From Patescibacteria group bacterium (GTDB lineage: Bacteria > Patescibacteriota > Patescibacteriia > UBA1558 > UBA10009), in contig JBAZSE010000001.1 of assembly GCA_041662565.1 (NCBI GenBank), positions 193,084 to 257,083 on the forward strand: a stretch of 64,000 nt of DNA, given 5' to 3'. Positions within the stretch are counted from its first letter, which is position 1, and every line of letters starts with the position of its first letter. Under the pieces are notes generated by a model that was not told the origin of the DNA, searched no databases, and saw only the letters and a list, made by a program, of their open reading frames with translations. Made by a program: the position numbers and the translations under genes. This document shows, piece by piece, positions 1-9,316 of the stretch.

Positions 1-29
1 CCAAATTTTTTGCTGCCAGCTCTCTTAAC

Positions 30-473
30 TTGCCTGCATTTAACGTTAACAGCATAAATCCGGCGGATTTAAATAAACAATATCAAGAAGATGTTCTTAA
101 TCCTTTAAATGACAATCAACCATCGGATAACAATGCCAATGCTAATGCAGATAACGGCAATGTTAATGATCAGGCGATTTTACCCGAAGTTCCTGGGCAA
201 GTTGAAACTGATTTAAACAACAATGTTAATGCGCCGGCTATTTTGGATTCCGATAAGGATGGTTTAGATGATGAAGAAGAGGCAACTTTAAGCACTAATC
301 CTAATGAACCGGATTCCGATGGCGACGGTTTATTTGACCGTGAAGAAGTTAAAGTGTACTTAACCGATCCGTTAAATCCTGATTCCGATGGCGATGGCTA
401 TTTGGACGGTGCCGAAGTCAAGGGCGGTTATAATCCCAAGGGAGCTGGTAAACTTTTAGATACTAATTTTTAA
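30..473 (+). CDS. Surface protein with Ca-binding thrombospondin type-3-like (DxDxDG) repeats; probably begins upstream of the window
   Basis: DSDKDGLDD, DSDGDGLFD, DSDGDGYLD repeats after an Asn-rich linker; annotated start is TTG and the frame is open to the window edge. Confidence 0.7.
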   Translation: MPAFNVNSINPADLNKQYQEDVLNPLNDNQPSDNNANANADNGNVNDQAILPEVPGQVETDLNNNVNAPAILDSDKDGLDDEEEATLSTNPNEPDSDGDGLFDREEVKVYLTDPLNPDSDGDGYLDGAEVKGGYNPKGAGKLLDTNF

Positions 474-481
474 TTTATTTC

Positions 482-1804
482 ATGTTTACTCCCACCAATA
501 ACCAAGAACAATTTTCCGCCAATTCGGGCCAAGGTAAAGAACCTGTGCAGGATAATGCCGACGAACAATTGGATGTTCATACCATGCCCGAAAAGTTTTT
601 CCAGTCAACTATGACCCCTCCCGAGCATAAGCAGTTGAACTGGGTAATTTTAGGCGTAATTGTTTTTTTGGTTTTAGGCGGAATTATTGCCGGAGTTTTG
701 TATTTTATCAATCAACAGGCAGTACCTACGGTGACAGAATTGCCTCAACAGCCGGCAAATAATAATGCCAATCAACTTTTGGAAAATGAAAACGCCAATC
801 TTAATGCCAATGATAACCAAAATCAAAATGTTAATTCGGGCGATATTTTGGCTACGCCCTCAGCTAGAGATGCACAGCGTTTAACGGATATTAGCGCCTT
901 AAGGAGCGCCTTGGCTTTATCTGCCGGTACCCTGCAAATTTACCCTAATTCTTTAGCTAGTTTGGTAGGTCCAATTTTAAAGGAGCTACCTTTAAATCCC
1001 AGTGCTGTTGGCGAAAGCGTGCCTTATATTTATCTGGTGAGCGAGGATAAAGCAGATTATGAAATAAGTTTTTCTTTAGAACAAGGCGGCGAGTGGGGTA
1101 TTGTTAAATTGCCTCAAGGCGATTATTTAGCCACTGCTTCAGGTATTATTCCGGCAAGTTCTGGCAATAATTCCGAGCAAGGCAATGGCAATGAAAATAC
1201 CAATTCCGGTTTGCCGGAAGTTCCTTCAACTCCGGTGGTGCCCAGCAAGGGCTTGGATAGCGATGGCGATCAGTTAACCGATATTGAAGAAAATCTTTAT
1301 CAAACAAATCCTGCCTTGGCCGATACGGATGCCGATGACTTTACCGATGCGGCGGAAATTTTAAGTTTATATGATCCCATTAAATCCAAAGCCCGATTGG
1401 TTGATTCCGGCTTAGTTGGTATTTACCAAAATCCCACTTATGGTTCCTCGGTTTTTTATCCCAAGTCGTGGTCTGTTCGGTCTTTAAACCCTACTAATAG
1501 CGAGGTTATTTTTACTTCCAATACCGGAGAATTTATTGAAACCATTGTTCAACCCAACGCCTTGGGAGTTTCGGCCCGCAATTGGTATTTGGATAAAAAT
1601 AAAACTGCGGATCCGGCATCGCTAAAAAATGTGGTAGTGGGCGGTTTGCCGGCAATTCAAACTGCCGACGGTTTAACAACCTATTTGGCCGTTGGCTCCA
1701 ATGTTTACATTTTGTCTTATGATATCGGCAACCAACAACAGATGAATTTTTACGCCACCTATGAATTATTTTTAAAGAGCTTTATTTTTCTCCAAGGTGT
1801 TTAG
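482..1804 (+). CDS. Membrane-anchored surface protein: TM helix, pseudopilin-like segment, TSP3-like repeats, PsbP-like C-terminal domain
   Basis: TM WVILGVIVFLVLGGIIAGVLYF; ARDAQRLTDISALRSAL resembles pilin/GspG helices; DSDGDQLTD and DTDADDFTD; YQNPTYGSSVFYPKSW. Confidence 0.55.
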   Translation: MFTPTNNQEQFSANSGQGKEPVQDNADEQLDVHTMPEKFFQSTMTPPEHKQLNWVILGVIVFLVLGGIIAGVLYFINQQAVPTVTELPQQPANNNANQLLENENANLNANDNQNQNVNSGDILATPSARDAQRLTDISALRSALALSAGTLQIYPNSLASLVGPILKELPLNPSAVGESVPYIYLVSEDKADYEISFSLEQGGEWGIVKLPQGDYLATASGIIPASSGNNSEQGNGNENTNSGLPEVPSTPVVPSKGLDSDGDQLTDIEENLYQTNPALADTDADDFTDAAEILSLYDPIKSKARLVDSGLVGIYQNPTYGSSVFYPKSWSVRSLNPTNSEVIFTSNTGEFIETIVQPNALGVSARNWYLDKNKTADPASLKNVVVGGLPAIQTADGLTTYLAVGSNVYILSYDIGNQQQMNFYATYELFLKSFIFLQGV

Positions 1805-1820
1805 CCTACATTAATAATTT

Positions 1821-2222
1821 ATGTTCAGTTTGGAATTTAACAATCTTATTAAAGCGCCTCAAAATTACGGGGCTCTTTTTAATAAGTTAGGACAGCAAAC
1901 AATCAAGAATTTGGGCATTAAAAACCTGGCTGTTTCGGCCGCTTTAATCAGCCCTCAGGAAATTCAGGAATTTAATAAAATTTATCGCCATAAAAACAAG
2001 GTCACCGATGTTTTATCTTTTGAGGAAGTTAATGAAGTGGTGATTTGTTACGCCAAAGCCAAAGAGCAAGCCAAAGAACATGGTCATTCTCTTAAAAAAG
2101 AGCTAGCGATTTTATTTGTCCACGGTCTTTTGCATGTTTTGGGCTACGAAGATAAAACCCTACGGGGAGCTAGAGAAATGGATGAGTTGGGAGCCCGAAT
2201 AATCAGCAAGTATCGTTTATAA
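1821..2222 (+). CDS. ybeY: rRNA maturation endoribonuclease YbeY
   Basis: YRHKNKVTDVLSF and HGLLHVLGYED motifs. Confidence 0.92.
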   Translation: MFSLEFNNLIKAPQNYGALFNKLGQQTIKNLGIKNLAVSAALISPQEIQEFNKIYRHKNKVTDVLSFEEVNEVVICYAKAKEQAKEHGHSLKKELAILFVHGLLHVLGYEDKTLRGAREMDELGARIISKYRL

Positions 2223-2307
2223 GGAGTGAACATCTTTTTTGTTCAAATGTGGAAAAGTTTTTTAGTTGCCTTAATTGCCTTTTTTTATTATAATTAGTAG
2301 TGAGGAA

Positions 2308-2351
2308 GAAATGTTGTAGTGACAATTCATGAATTGTCACTACAACATTTC
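2308..2351. repeat. Perfect 44-bp palindrome with a GTAG...CTAC REP-like core
   Basis: gaaatgttgtagtgacaattca|tgaattgtcactacaacatttc is exactly self-complementary. Confidence 0.85.
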
Positions 2352-2447
2352 GACCGAACGCCCTAATTACACACAGTATAATTAGTACTGATAGACAGAA
2401 AAAGTTATATCGCTTTTATTCAATTTTACTAACATAAATCATCAGTC

Positions 2448-3695
2448 ATGACTCAAGCTCAAATTATTACCGGTTTGGATATTGGTTCCAGCAACATTAG
2501 GGCCGTTGTTTTGCAGCAAACCCACGAAGGCGGTTGGCAAATTATTGGTGCCAGCGAACGCTTGGCCGAAGGCGTGGCCAAAGGCATGGTTACCAATATT
2601 GAAGATCTGGTTTCATCCATTTCCGAATGTTTGGAGCAGGCCGAAAGAATGACCGGATTACCAATCGAAAGAGCGGTCGTGGGCATGAATGGCACGCATA
2701 TTAAAACTTTGGAATCAACCGGCGTAGTGGCGGTGGCTAAAGCGGATAAAGAAATAACCGAAGAAGATGTCGAACGGGCGATTGAAGCGGCTCAAGCCGT
2801 GGCCACGCCGGCCAATTACGAAATTCTCCACGTTATTCCCAAGGACTTTACCATAGATGGCCAATCGGGCGTTAAAGATCCGGTAGGCATGACCGGCATT
2901 CGGCTGGAAGTGGCAACCCAAATTATTATGGGTTTATCTTCGCAGGTTAAAAATTTAACCAAATGTATCTACCGCACAGGGGTAGATATCAATGATGTGG
3001 TTTTTGGCGTATTGGCGGCAAGTGAAAGTACTTTGGTTAAAAAACAAAAAGAATTGGGCGTGGCTTTAGTTAATTTAGGCGCCCAAACAACAAGCTTGAT
3101 TGTTTATGAAGAAGGAGATGTTTTACATACTGCCGTACTGCCCATTGGCAGTAACCATATTACTGCCGATATTGCCATCGGTTTAAGGATTTCTATGGAA
3201 ACCGCCGAGGCCTTAAAACTAGAAATTGCCCAGGCCGATAGCTCCAAGGTTAATAAAAGAGATGAAATTGATTTGGCCAGATTTTCGGTCAACGAAAAAG
3301 AAAGAACAATGGTTTACGTTAAACAGATTGCCGAAATCGTTCAGGCCAGGGTAGAAGAAATTTTCAGTTTGATTGATAAGGAATTAAAAAAAATCAACCG
3401 TTCCGGTTTATTGCCCTCGGGCGTTGTTTTAACCGGGGGCGGGGCCAAGCTTCCCGGAATTTTAGAGCTAGGCAAAGAAAAATTAAAGTTGCCGGTGTTT
3501 GCCGGTTTTCCCTTGGGTTTGGAAAATAATGCCATTGATAAAGTTAATGATCCCAGTTATGCCACGGCTTTGGGCTTGGCTATTTGGGGAACTCAAGGGG
3601 CAGCTGCCAAACACGGTCTGCATTTGCCCTCTTTTTCTTCGGTTGATCAGGTTGTAGGAAAAATGAAAGATTGGTTTAAATCATTATTGCCTTAA
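2448..3695 (+). CDS. ftsA: Cell division protein FtsA
   Basis: GLDIGSSNIR actin-fold motif, VVLTGGGAKLPG, directly upstream of ftsZ. Confidence 0.97.
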   Translation: MTQAQIITGLDIGSSNIRAVVLQQTHEGGWQIIGASERLAEGVAKGMVTNIEDLVSSISECLEQAERMTGLPIERAVVGMNGTHIKTLESTGVVAVAKADKEITEEDVERAIEAAQAVATPANYEILHVIPKDFTIDGQSGVKDPVGMTGIRLEVATQIIMGLSSQVKNLTKCIYRTGVDINDVVFGVLAASESTLVKKQKELGVALVNLGAQTTSLIVYEEGDVLHTAVLPIGSNHITADIAIGLRISMETAEALKLEIAQADSSKVNKRDEIDLARFSVNEKERTMVYVKQIAEIVQARVEEIFSLIDKELKKINRSGLLPSGVVLTGGGAKLPGILELGKEKLKLPVFAGFPLGLENNAIDKVNDPSYATALGLAIWGTQGAAAKHGLHLPSFSSVDQVVGKMKDWFKSLLP

Positions 3696-3731
3696 CTCAT
3701 TAAATTTACCAAATTTTAATATCACAATATC

Positions 3732-4934
3732 ATGTCTATAAATGTCAAAGTCAAACCGATGGAAGTTAAGCCGGAAATGGAAACTTTCGCCAAAATTAAA
3801 GTTTTTGGCGTAGGTGGGTCCGGCGGTTCGGCCATTAATCGAATGATAAAATCCAAAATCAGAGGTGTGGATTTTATTGCGGTTAATACCGATGCCCAGG
3901 CCTTAAACAGTAATGCGGCGCCAAAAAAAGTCCATATCGGCAAAGGCACAACACGGGGTTTGGGCGCAGGCATGGATCCGGAAACCGGGGCTCAAGCGGC
4001 CGAAGAAGATGAAGATGAAATCAGATCGGCCATTCAGGGCGCTGATATGGTTTTTATCACTTGCGGTCTTGGTGGAGGCACTGGCACCGGTGCGGCGCCG
4101 ATTATTGCGGCCGCGGCCAGAGAGCTTGGTGCTTTAACCATTGCGGTAGTTACCAGGCCTTTTAGTTTTGAAGGCGCCCAGCGCCGGAGCATTGCCGAAA
4201 GGGGTTTGGATAAGTTAATTGATAAAGTTGATACCATTATTACCATTCCCAATGACCGTTTATTGCAAGTGATTGATAAAAAAACTTCCTTATTGGATGC
4301 GTTTGCCATTGTGGATGAGGTTTTAAAACAGGGCGTGCAGGGCATTTCGGAAATTATCACCATTCCGGGTTTAGTTAATGTGGATTTTGCCGATGTTAAA
4401 GCAATTATGAAAGATGCCGGCAGCGCTTTAATGGGCATTGGTCGCTCCAGCGGTGAAAATCGGGCAGTAGAAGCGGCCAGAGCCGCTATTGAAAGTCCGC
4501 TTTTGGAACTTTCCATCAAAGGCGCTAAAGGAGTATTGTTTACCATTACCGGCGGAACGGATCTAACCATGCATGAAGTAAACGAAGCGGCCGAAGTTAT
4601 AACATCTTCCATCGATTCCAATGCCAAAGTAATTTTTGGCGCCGTGATTGATGAATCTTTGAATTCGGAAGTGAAAATTACGGTTATTGCCACCGGCTTT
4701 AGTCCAAGCAACAGGGGAGAATCCGAAGTGGAAAGAATGCAAAAAGAAGATCGGCCTTTTACCGTTGTCCAGCCCGTTAACCAGCAATTGGAAGAAAGGC
4801 AGAATTTAGCGGCCAAAAATATTTTTTCCAAAAAGGGCAAAACCATAGAGCATAAACTGGAAGTGCCGGTTAAATCCAAAGAAGAAGAAGAATTGGAAGT
4901 TCCGGCTTTTATCAGAAGAAAGATGGGTAAATAA
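3732..4934 (+). CDS. ftsZ: Cell division protein FtsZ
   Basis: GLGGGTGTG tubulin signature; C-terminal LEVPAFIRRK. Confidence 0.99.
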   Translation: MSINVKVKPMEVKPEMETFAKIKVFGVGGSGGSAINRMIKSKIRGVDFIAVNTDAQALNSNAAPKKVHIGKGTTRGLGAGMDPETGAQAAEEDEDEIRSAIQGADMVFITCGLGGGTGTGAAPIIAAAARELGALTIAVVTRPFSFEGAQRRSIAERGLDKLIDKVDTIITIPNDRLLQVIDKKTSLLDAFAIVDEVLKQGVQGISEIITIPGLVNVDFADVKAIMKDAGSALMGIGRSSGENRAVEAARAAIESPLLELSIKGAKGVLFTITGGTDLTMHEVNEAAEVITSSIDSNAKVIFGAVIDESLNSEVKITVIATGFSPSNRGESEVERMQKEDRPFTVVQPVNQQLEERQNLAAKNIFSKKGKTIEHKLEVPVKSKEEEELEVPAFIRRKMGK

Positions 4935-4942
4935 TTTAACCT

Positions 4943-5422
4943 ATGCGTTGCCCGGTTTGTTTAACTCAAGATACTAAGGTAACCGATTCCCGGTTGGCGG
5001 AAGAAGCTTTTGTTATTAAAAGGCGTCGGGAATGTTATAGATGTGGCTTTAGATTTTCCACCTATGAACAGATGGAAATCCTTAACTTAACGGTAGTTAA
5101 AAGAACGGGCAACAAAGAGCCCTACTTGCGTGAAAAATTGGAATCAGGTTTAAAAAAATCTTTGGAAAAAAGGCCCTACACCCAGGATAATTTTAAAAAA
5201 TTAGTTAGCACCATTGAGCGCGATATCCAAAAAAGAAAGCAAGATGAAATTACCACTTCGGAAATCGGCGAAATAGTCATGAAACGGCTGAAACTTTTCG
5301 ATAAAGTGGCTTACATCAGGTTTGCTTCCGTTTACCGAGCCTTTGAGGATGTAAAAACTTTTCAAAAGGAATTAAACAGCTTACTAAAATCTCCAGCGGC
5401 TTTAAAAAGCAAGAAAAGATAA
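4943..5422 (+). CDS. nrdR: Transcriptional repressor NrdR
   Basis: MRCPVC...RRRECYRCGFRFSTYE Zn ribbon, ATP cone, VAYIRFASVY. Confidence 0.97.
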   Translation: MRCPVCLTQDTKVTDSRLAEEAFVIKRRRECYRCGFRFSTYEQMEILNLTVVKRTGNKEPYLREKLESGLKKSLEKRPYTQDNFKKLVSTIERDIQKRKQDEITTSEIGEIVMKRLKLFDKVAYIRFASVYRAFEDVKTFQKELNSLLKSPAALKSKKR

Positions 5423-5428
5423 TTTGCC

Positions 5429-5911
5429 ATGTTAGAACGTTTTAATACAACTACCAGATTGATTATTGCCGTTTCTTTGGCAGTGGTTATTTGGATTGCC
5501 GGCGTTTTAGTTGGCCAGGAACAAACCGTGACCATTTTAAATCCGCAAGGCGGTTTGAACCAGATTATTAACCGCCAAGTAAATATTAAAGTCAGTTTAA
5601 TGTTGGATTTTGGCGAAGGTAAAATAATTGTTTATCCCGAAACTCAAGTTAAGTATGGCCAAACAGTTTTAAACTTATTGCAAAAAATCAGCCAAGAAGA
5701 TAAAAGCGGGCTAAAGCTGGTATATGATTTGGATGCTAAAACAGGTGAATTGAAAAAGTTTTCTTTGCAGGGTATATCCGGCAATTTAACCGGCCGACAA
5801 TGGTTGGTTTGGCTTAATAACCAATTGCAAACCCAGCCCATAAATTCCATTAAACTCAAGAGCAAGGATATTATTGAGTTAAAATACGTAAAATTAATTT
5901 CCAACCCATGA
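5429..5911 (+). CDS. Membrane-anchored protein, DUF4430/transcobalamin-like C-terminal domain
   Basis: N-terminal TM; TVLNLL...WLVWLN...LKSKDIIELKY pattern. Confidence 0.5.
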   Translation: MLERFNTTTRLIIAVSLAVVIWIAGVLVGQEQTVTILNPQGGLNQIINRQVNIKVSLMLDFGEGKIIVYPETQVKYGQTVLNLLQKISQEDKSGLKLVYDLDAKTGELKKFSLQGISGNLTGRQWLVWLNNQLQTQPINSIKLKSKDIIELKYVKLISNP

Positions 5912-6282
5912 CCAACTTTAACGCTGCTCCCATCGAAGAACAGGTTAAAAATTTATTGGAACAGAATCTGGCTTATTCCAAGCAGATTTATTTAATCTCC
6001 AAAAAACTCAAGGCCTATATGCTTTTGGGTAGGATTATGAGCACCATCAGCATTTTGTTTGTGGTCGGACCTTTAATTTTAGGCCTGGTTTATTGGCAGG
6101 ATATCATGGGTTATGTTACCAGCGCCGTAATGCCGGTGGGTTTAGGGCAGGAGCAGGGGGCCTTGAATAATTTATTACCTGGCGGTAAAATTAATCAGCA
6201 GGATCTTTTAAAAGCCATTAATGATCAGGGAGGAATTTTTAACGCTTATAAAAATATCTTGGATTTAAACAATCAGCAGTAA
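5908..6282 (+). CDS. Hypothetical single-TM protein
   Basis: ATGA overlap with the upstream gene, one TM segment. Confidence 0.65.
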   Translation: MTNFNAAPIEEQVKNLLEQNLAYSKQIYLISKKLKAYMLLGRIMSTISILFVVGPLILGLVYWQDIMGYVTSAVMPVGLGQEQGALNNLLPGGKINQQDLLKAINDQGGIFNAYKNILDLNNQQ

Positions 6283-6341
6283 ATAATTAACGACTAAACC
6301 AAACGGAGCCTAAAAAACTTTGTTTTTTAGTCAGCAAAATT

Positions 6342-7691
6342 ATGCCAATATTAGAACCAAAAAACAAAAAGTTCTCTTTTTGGCCGAAATTTTGGCCAGA
6401 ACATTTAATGCCGGTAATTTTAACCAGCTTGATCGTGGGAATTTTATCCGGCGGAGCGGCGGGGTTTTTTACCGCCACCCTTTTTTCCGGGTCTTTCAGC
6501 CAATGGTTGAGTAATCCTTTGGGTTTTAAAATCAATAATTCCAAACCCACAGGTGTTAATGAAAATAAACCGCTTGATTTTAAAATTGCCCAAAGCGAAG
6601 ATAAAAGCGAAAATGAAGAATCATCCAGCACCCAGGCCGTAGCCAAGGTTTCTCCGGCTGTGGTCAGTATTGTTATCAGTAAAGAACTTCGGCAGTATAA
6701 CAATAATTTTGGCTCGGGCCTACCTTTTCCCGATATATTTAATTTTCCGTTTGATCAGTTTTTTAACATGCCTAATATTCAGCCAGCGCCGCAGGCGCCA
6801 ACTCAACCGTCTTCCCCTTCACAAAAACAAAAAATTGGCGGAGGCACGGGTTTTATTATTACAACTAACGGTTTGATTGCAACTAACAAACACGTGGTAG
6901 AAGATGCCGAGGCTGATTATTCGGTAGTTATGTCGGACGGTAAAACCTATGATGCCAAGGTTGTGGCCAGGGATCCGCTAAATGATGTGGCTTTTATTAA
7001 GATTGAAGCAGATAATTTGCCGATTGTTACCTTGGGTGATTCTGCTAAATTAAAAATCGGTCAAACTGTTTTGGCTATCGGTTTTTCTTTGGGAGAATAC
7101 TCTAACTCAGTTACCAAAGGTATTATTTCGGGTATTAATCGGGATATAGTGGCAGGCGGTATGGGTACCAGTGAAAATTTGCAGGGCGTTATTCAAACCG
7201 ATGCCGCTATTAATCCCGGCAATTCTGGCGGCCCGCTGATTAATTTGGCGGGCGAGGTAATTGGTATTAATACGGCCATTAATCAATCAGGTCAGTTGGT
7301 GGGTTTTGCTTTGCCCATAAATAATGTTAAGCAGGTAATAGAAACGGTTAAAGCCAAGGGTAAAATTGTTAGGCCTTATTTGGGCGTAAGATATGTGCCT
7401 ATTACCGCGGACTTGGCAACAAAAAATAAATTGCCATATAAAACCGGTGTTTTAATTGTTCGCGGTCAAAATAATACCGAATTGGCAGTTGTTCCGGGTT
7501 CCCCGGCCAATAAAGCGGGTTTAGTGGAGAATGATATAATTTTGGAGATCAACGGCATTATTTTGGATCAAAACCATTTGCTGGCCGAAGAAATTACCAA
7601 ACATCAACCAGGCGATTTAATTAATCTCAAGGTGTTTCATCAAGGCAGTGAAAAAACCATTAATCTGGAATTGGCCCAATATCCCGAATAA
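6342..7691 (+). CDS. htrA: HtrA/DegP-family serine protease with PDZ domain
   Basis: TNKHVV and QTDAAINPGNSGGPL catalytic motifs, C-terminal PDZ, N-terminal TM. Confidence 0.93.
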   Translation: MPILEPKNKKFSFWPKFWPEHLMPVILTSLIVGILSGGAAGFFTATLFSGSFSQWLSNPLGFKINNSKPTGVNENKPLDFKIAQSEDKSENEESSSTQAVAKVSPAVVSIVISKELRQYNNNFGSGLPFPDIFNFPFDQFFNMPNIQPAPQAPTQPSSPSQKQKIGGGTGFIITTNGLIATNKHVVEDAEADYSVVMSDGKTYDAKVVARDPLNDVAFIKIEADNLPIVTLGDSAKLKIGQTVLAIGFSLGEYSNSVTKGIISGINRDIVAGGMGTSENLQGVIQTDAAINPGNSGGPLINLAGEVIGINTAINQSGQLVGFALPINNVKQVIETVKAKGKIVRPYLGVRYVPITADLATKNKLPYKTGVLIVRGQNNTELAVVPGSPANKAGLVENDIILEINGIILDQNHLLAEEITKHQPGDLINLKVFHQGSEKTINLELAQYPE

Positions 7692-7696
7692 GCTAT

Positions 7697-9016
7697 TTAC
7701 AGATATTTGGCAATTTCCCAGGGTGTAACTTCCAATCGCGCTTCTTGGATGTCCTGTTTTGATGCGGTTATAATGGCTTTAAGGGCATGTTCTCCTAAAA
7801 GTTTGGTTAACACTTCATCACGCTCCAACTCTGCCAGGGCCTCGGTTAAAGAGCCGGGCATGGTAGTTACGCCTTTGGTTTGCCTGGCTTGATCCGTTAA
7901 TAAGTAAACATTTTCTTCAATTGGTTCCGGTACGGTTAAATTATTTTTAATGCCATCCAAACCGGCTGCCAGCATGGCCGCAAAAGCCAAATACGGATTG
8001 GTTAAAGCATCCGGGCATCTAAGCTCAATTCTAGTTGATTGCGGCCTATTGGGGCTGATTTGTGGAATTCTGATTAAGGCCGAACGGTTAATAGTGCCCC
8101 AGCAAATATTAACAGGCGCTTCATAGCCTGGCACTAAGCGTTTGTAGGAATTAACCGTAGGATTAACAATGGCTGCCAAGGCGCGGGCATGCTTAAGTTG
8201 GCCCGCTAAAAAGTTATAAGCCAAAGGCGAAAGATGATAACGGTCAGTTGGGCTGTAAAACGCGTTAGTTGAACCATTAAACAAACTTTGATGAATATGC
8301 ATGCCCGAACCGTTAATGCCCATAATGGGTTTGGGCATAAAAGTAACTTTTAAAGTTTCTTCATTGGCATAGGCCTTAAGTGCCGCTTTAACGGTTAAAA
8401 CATTATCGGCGCTTTTTAAGGCGTTATCATACATCACGTCAATTTCGTGCTGGCCCTCAGCTACTTCATGATGATATGTTTCACCTCTAATGCCGAAATT
8501 TTTTAAGGAATCCATAACCCGTCGGCAAATGCGCGAGGCCCTGCTGGTGGGCGTGTAATCAAAGTAACCTTTATGGTCATGGGGCACTAATTCGGGCAAT
8601 TTATTTTTTTCAAATAAAAAGAATTCCAATTCGGCGGCCGTATAATAATCAAAGCCCAGAGTTGTTTTGGCTTCATTTAAGATTTTTTTTAATATATACC
8701 TGGGGTCTCCGGTAAAGGGCTGGCCATCGGGCAGATAAATATCGCAAATTACCCTGGCCGCTTTAAATTCGGTATTGGTCCAAGGCAAAATGGCAAAGGT
8801 GGAAAGATCCGGCTTTAACAGCATATCGCTTTCAAAAATACGGGCGTGGCCTGTTACCGAAGATCCATCGTACCAAGCGCCGTGAGCGCAGATATCCGCA
8901 AAGCGGTAGGCCTCGGTTTCCACTACTTTAATTTTACCCATCAAATCCGAAAATTGCAGCAAAATGGTTTTAACTTCTTGGTTTTTTATCAAGTCCTGAA
9001 TTTCTTCAAGATTCAT
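7697..9016 (-). CDS. glnA: Glutamine synthetase type I
   Basis: YDGSS, HHEVAEGQHEI, FMPKP...NGSGMHIHQSL, NSYKRLVPGYEAP, RIELRCPD. Confidence 0.97.
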   Translation of the reverse strand: MNLEEIQDLIKNQEVKTILLQFSDLMGKIKVVETEAYRFADICAHGAWYDGSSVTGHARIFESDMLLKPDLSTFAILPWTNTEFKAARVICDIYLPDGQPFTGDPRYILKKILNEAKTTLGFDYYTAAELEFFLFEKNKLPELVPHDHKGYFDYTPTSRASRICRRVMDSLKNFGIRGETYHHEVAEGQHEIDVMYDNALKSADNVLTVKAALKAYANEETLKVTFMPKPIMGINGSGMHIHQSLFNGSTNAFYSPTDRYHLSPLAYNFLAGQLKHARALAAIVNPTVNSYKRLVPGYEAPVNICWGTINRSALIRIPQISPNRPQSTRIELRCPDALTNPYLAFAAMLAAGLDGIKNNLTVPEPIEENVYLLTDQARQTKGVTTMPGSLTEALAELERDEVLTKLLGEHALKAIITASKQDIQEARLEVTPWEIAKYL

Positions 9017-9085
9017 ATATTTGGCCTGTTGTAATTTATTAAATCCAACGGGCGATTAATGGTTAATTGATATTTTTTTATAGTG

Positions 9086-9205
9086 AAAAGCTCCTCTTGT
9101 GGAGGGGCTTGAATTTTTGAGGTTTTTTATTTTTTAGACAGTAAAAAAACTCAAGCCCCTCTTGAGTTTATTATTATTTTGATTACGGAAAATTTCTTGT
9201 TTCAT
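9086..9205 (-). promoter_or_regulatory. Putative Asn/Gln leader-peptide attenuator of glnA (leader MKQEIFRNQNNNKLKRGLSFFTV, 9205..9134)
   Basis: TTGCCA-17-TAAAAT promoter (9248..9220); AAT CAA AAT AAT AAT run; alternative pairings among 9145-9169, 9102-9118 and 9088-9096. Confidence 0.7.
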
Positions 9206-9316
9206 AAATCAATAGTATAATTTTAATCCAACTGTTTTTATCTGGCAAGCACGTGAGTTGGGGATAAATCCTTTCTAATTGCTAAAGATAGGGGTTTTTG
9301 CTACAATTTCAATATT

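Noticed and set aside
4034-4879. 281-aa antisense ORF over ftsZ, and similar shadow ORFs over fusA, dsbA, tkt, rpsC and rplF
   Set aside because: Antisense mirrors of strongly conserved genes, with no motifs and no independent expression signals.
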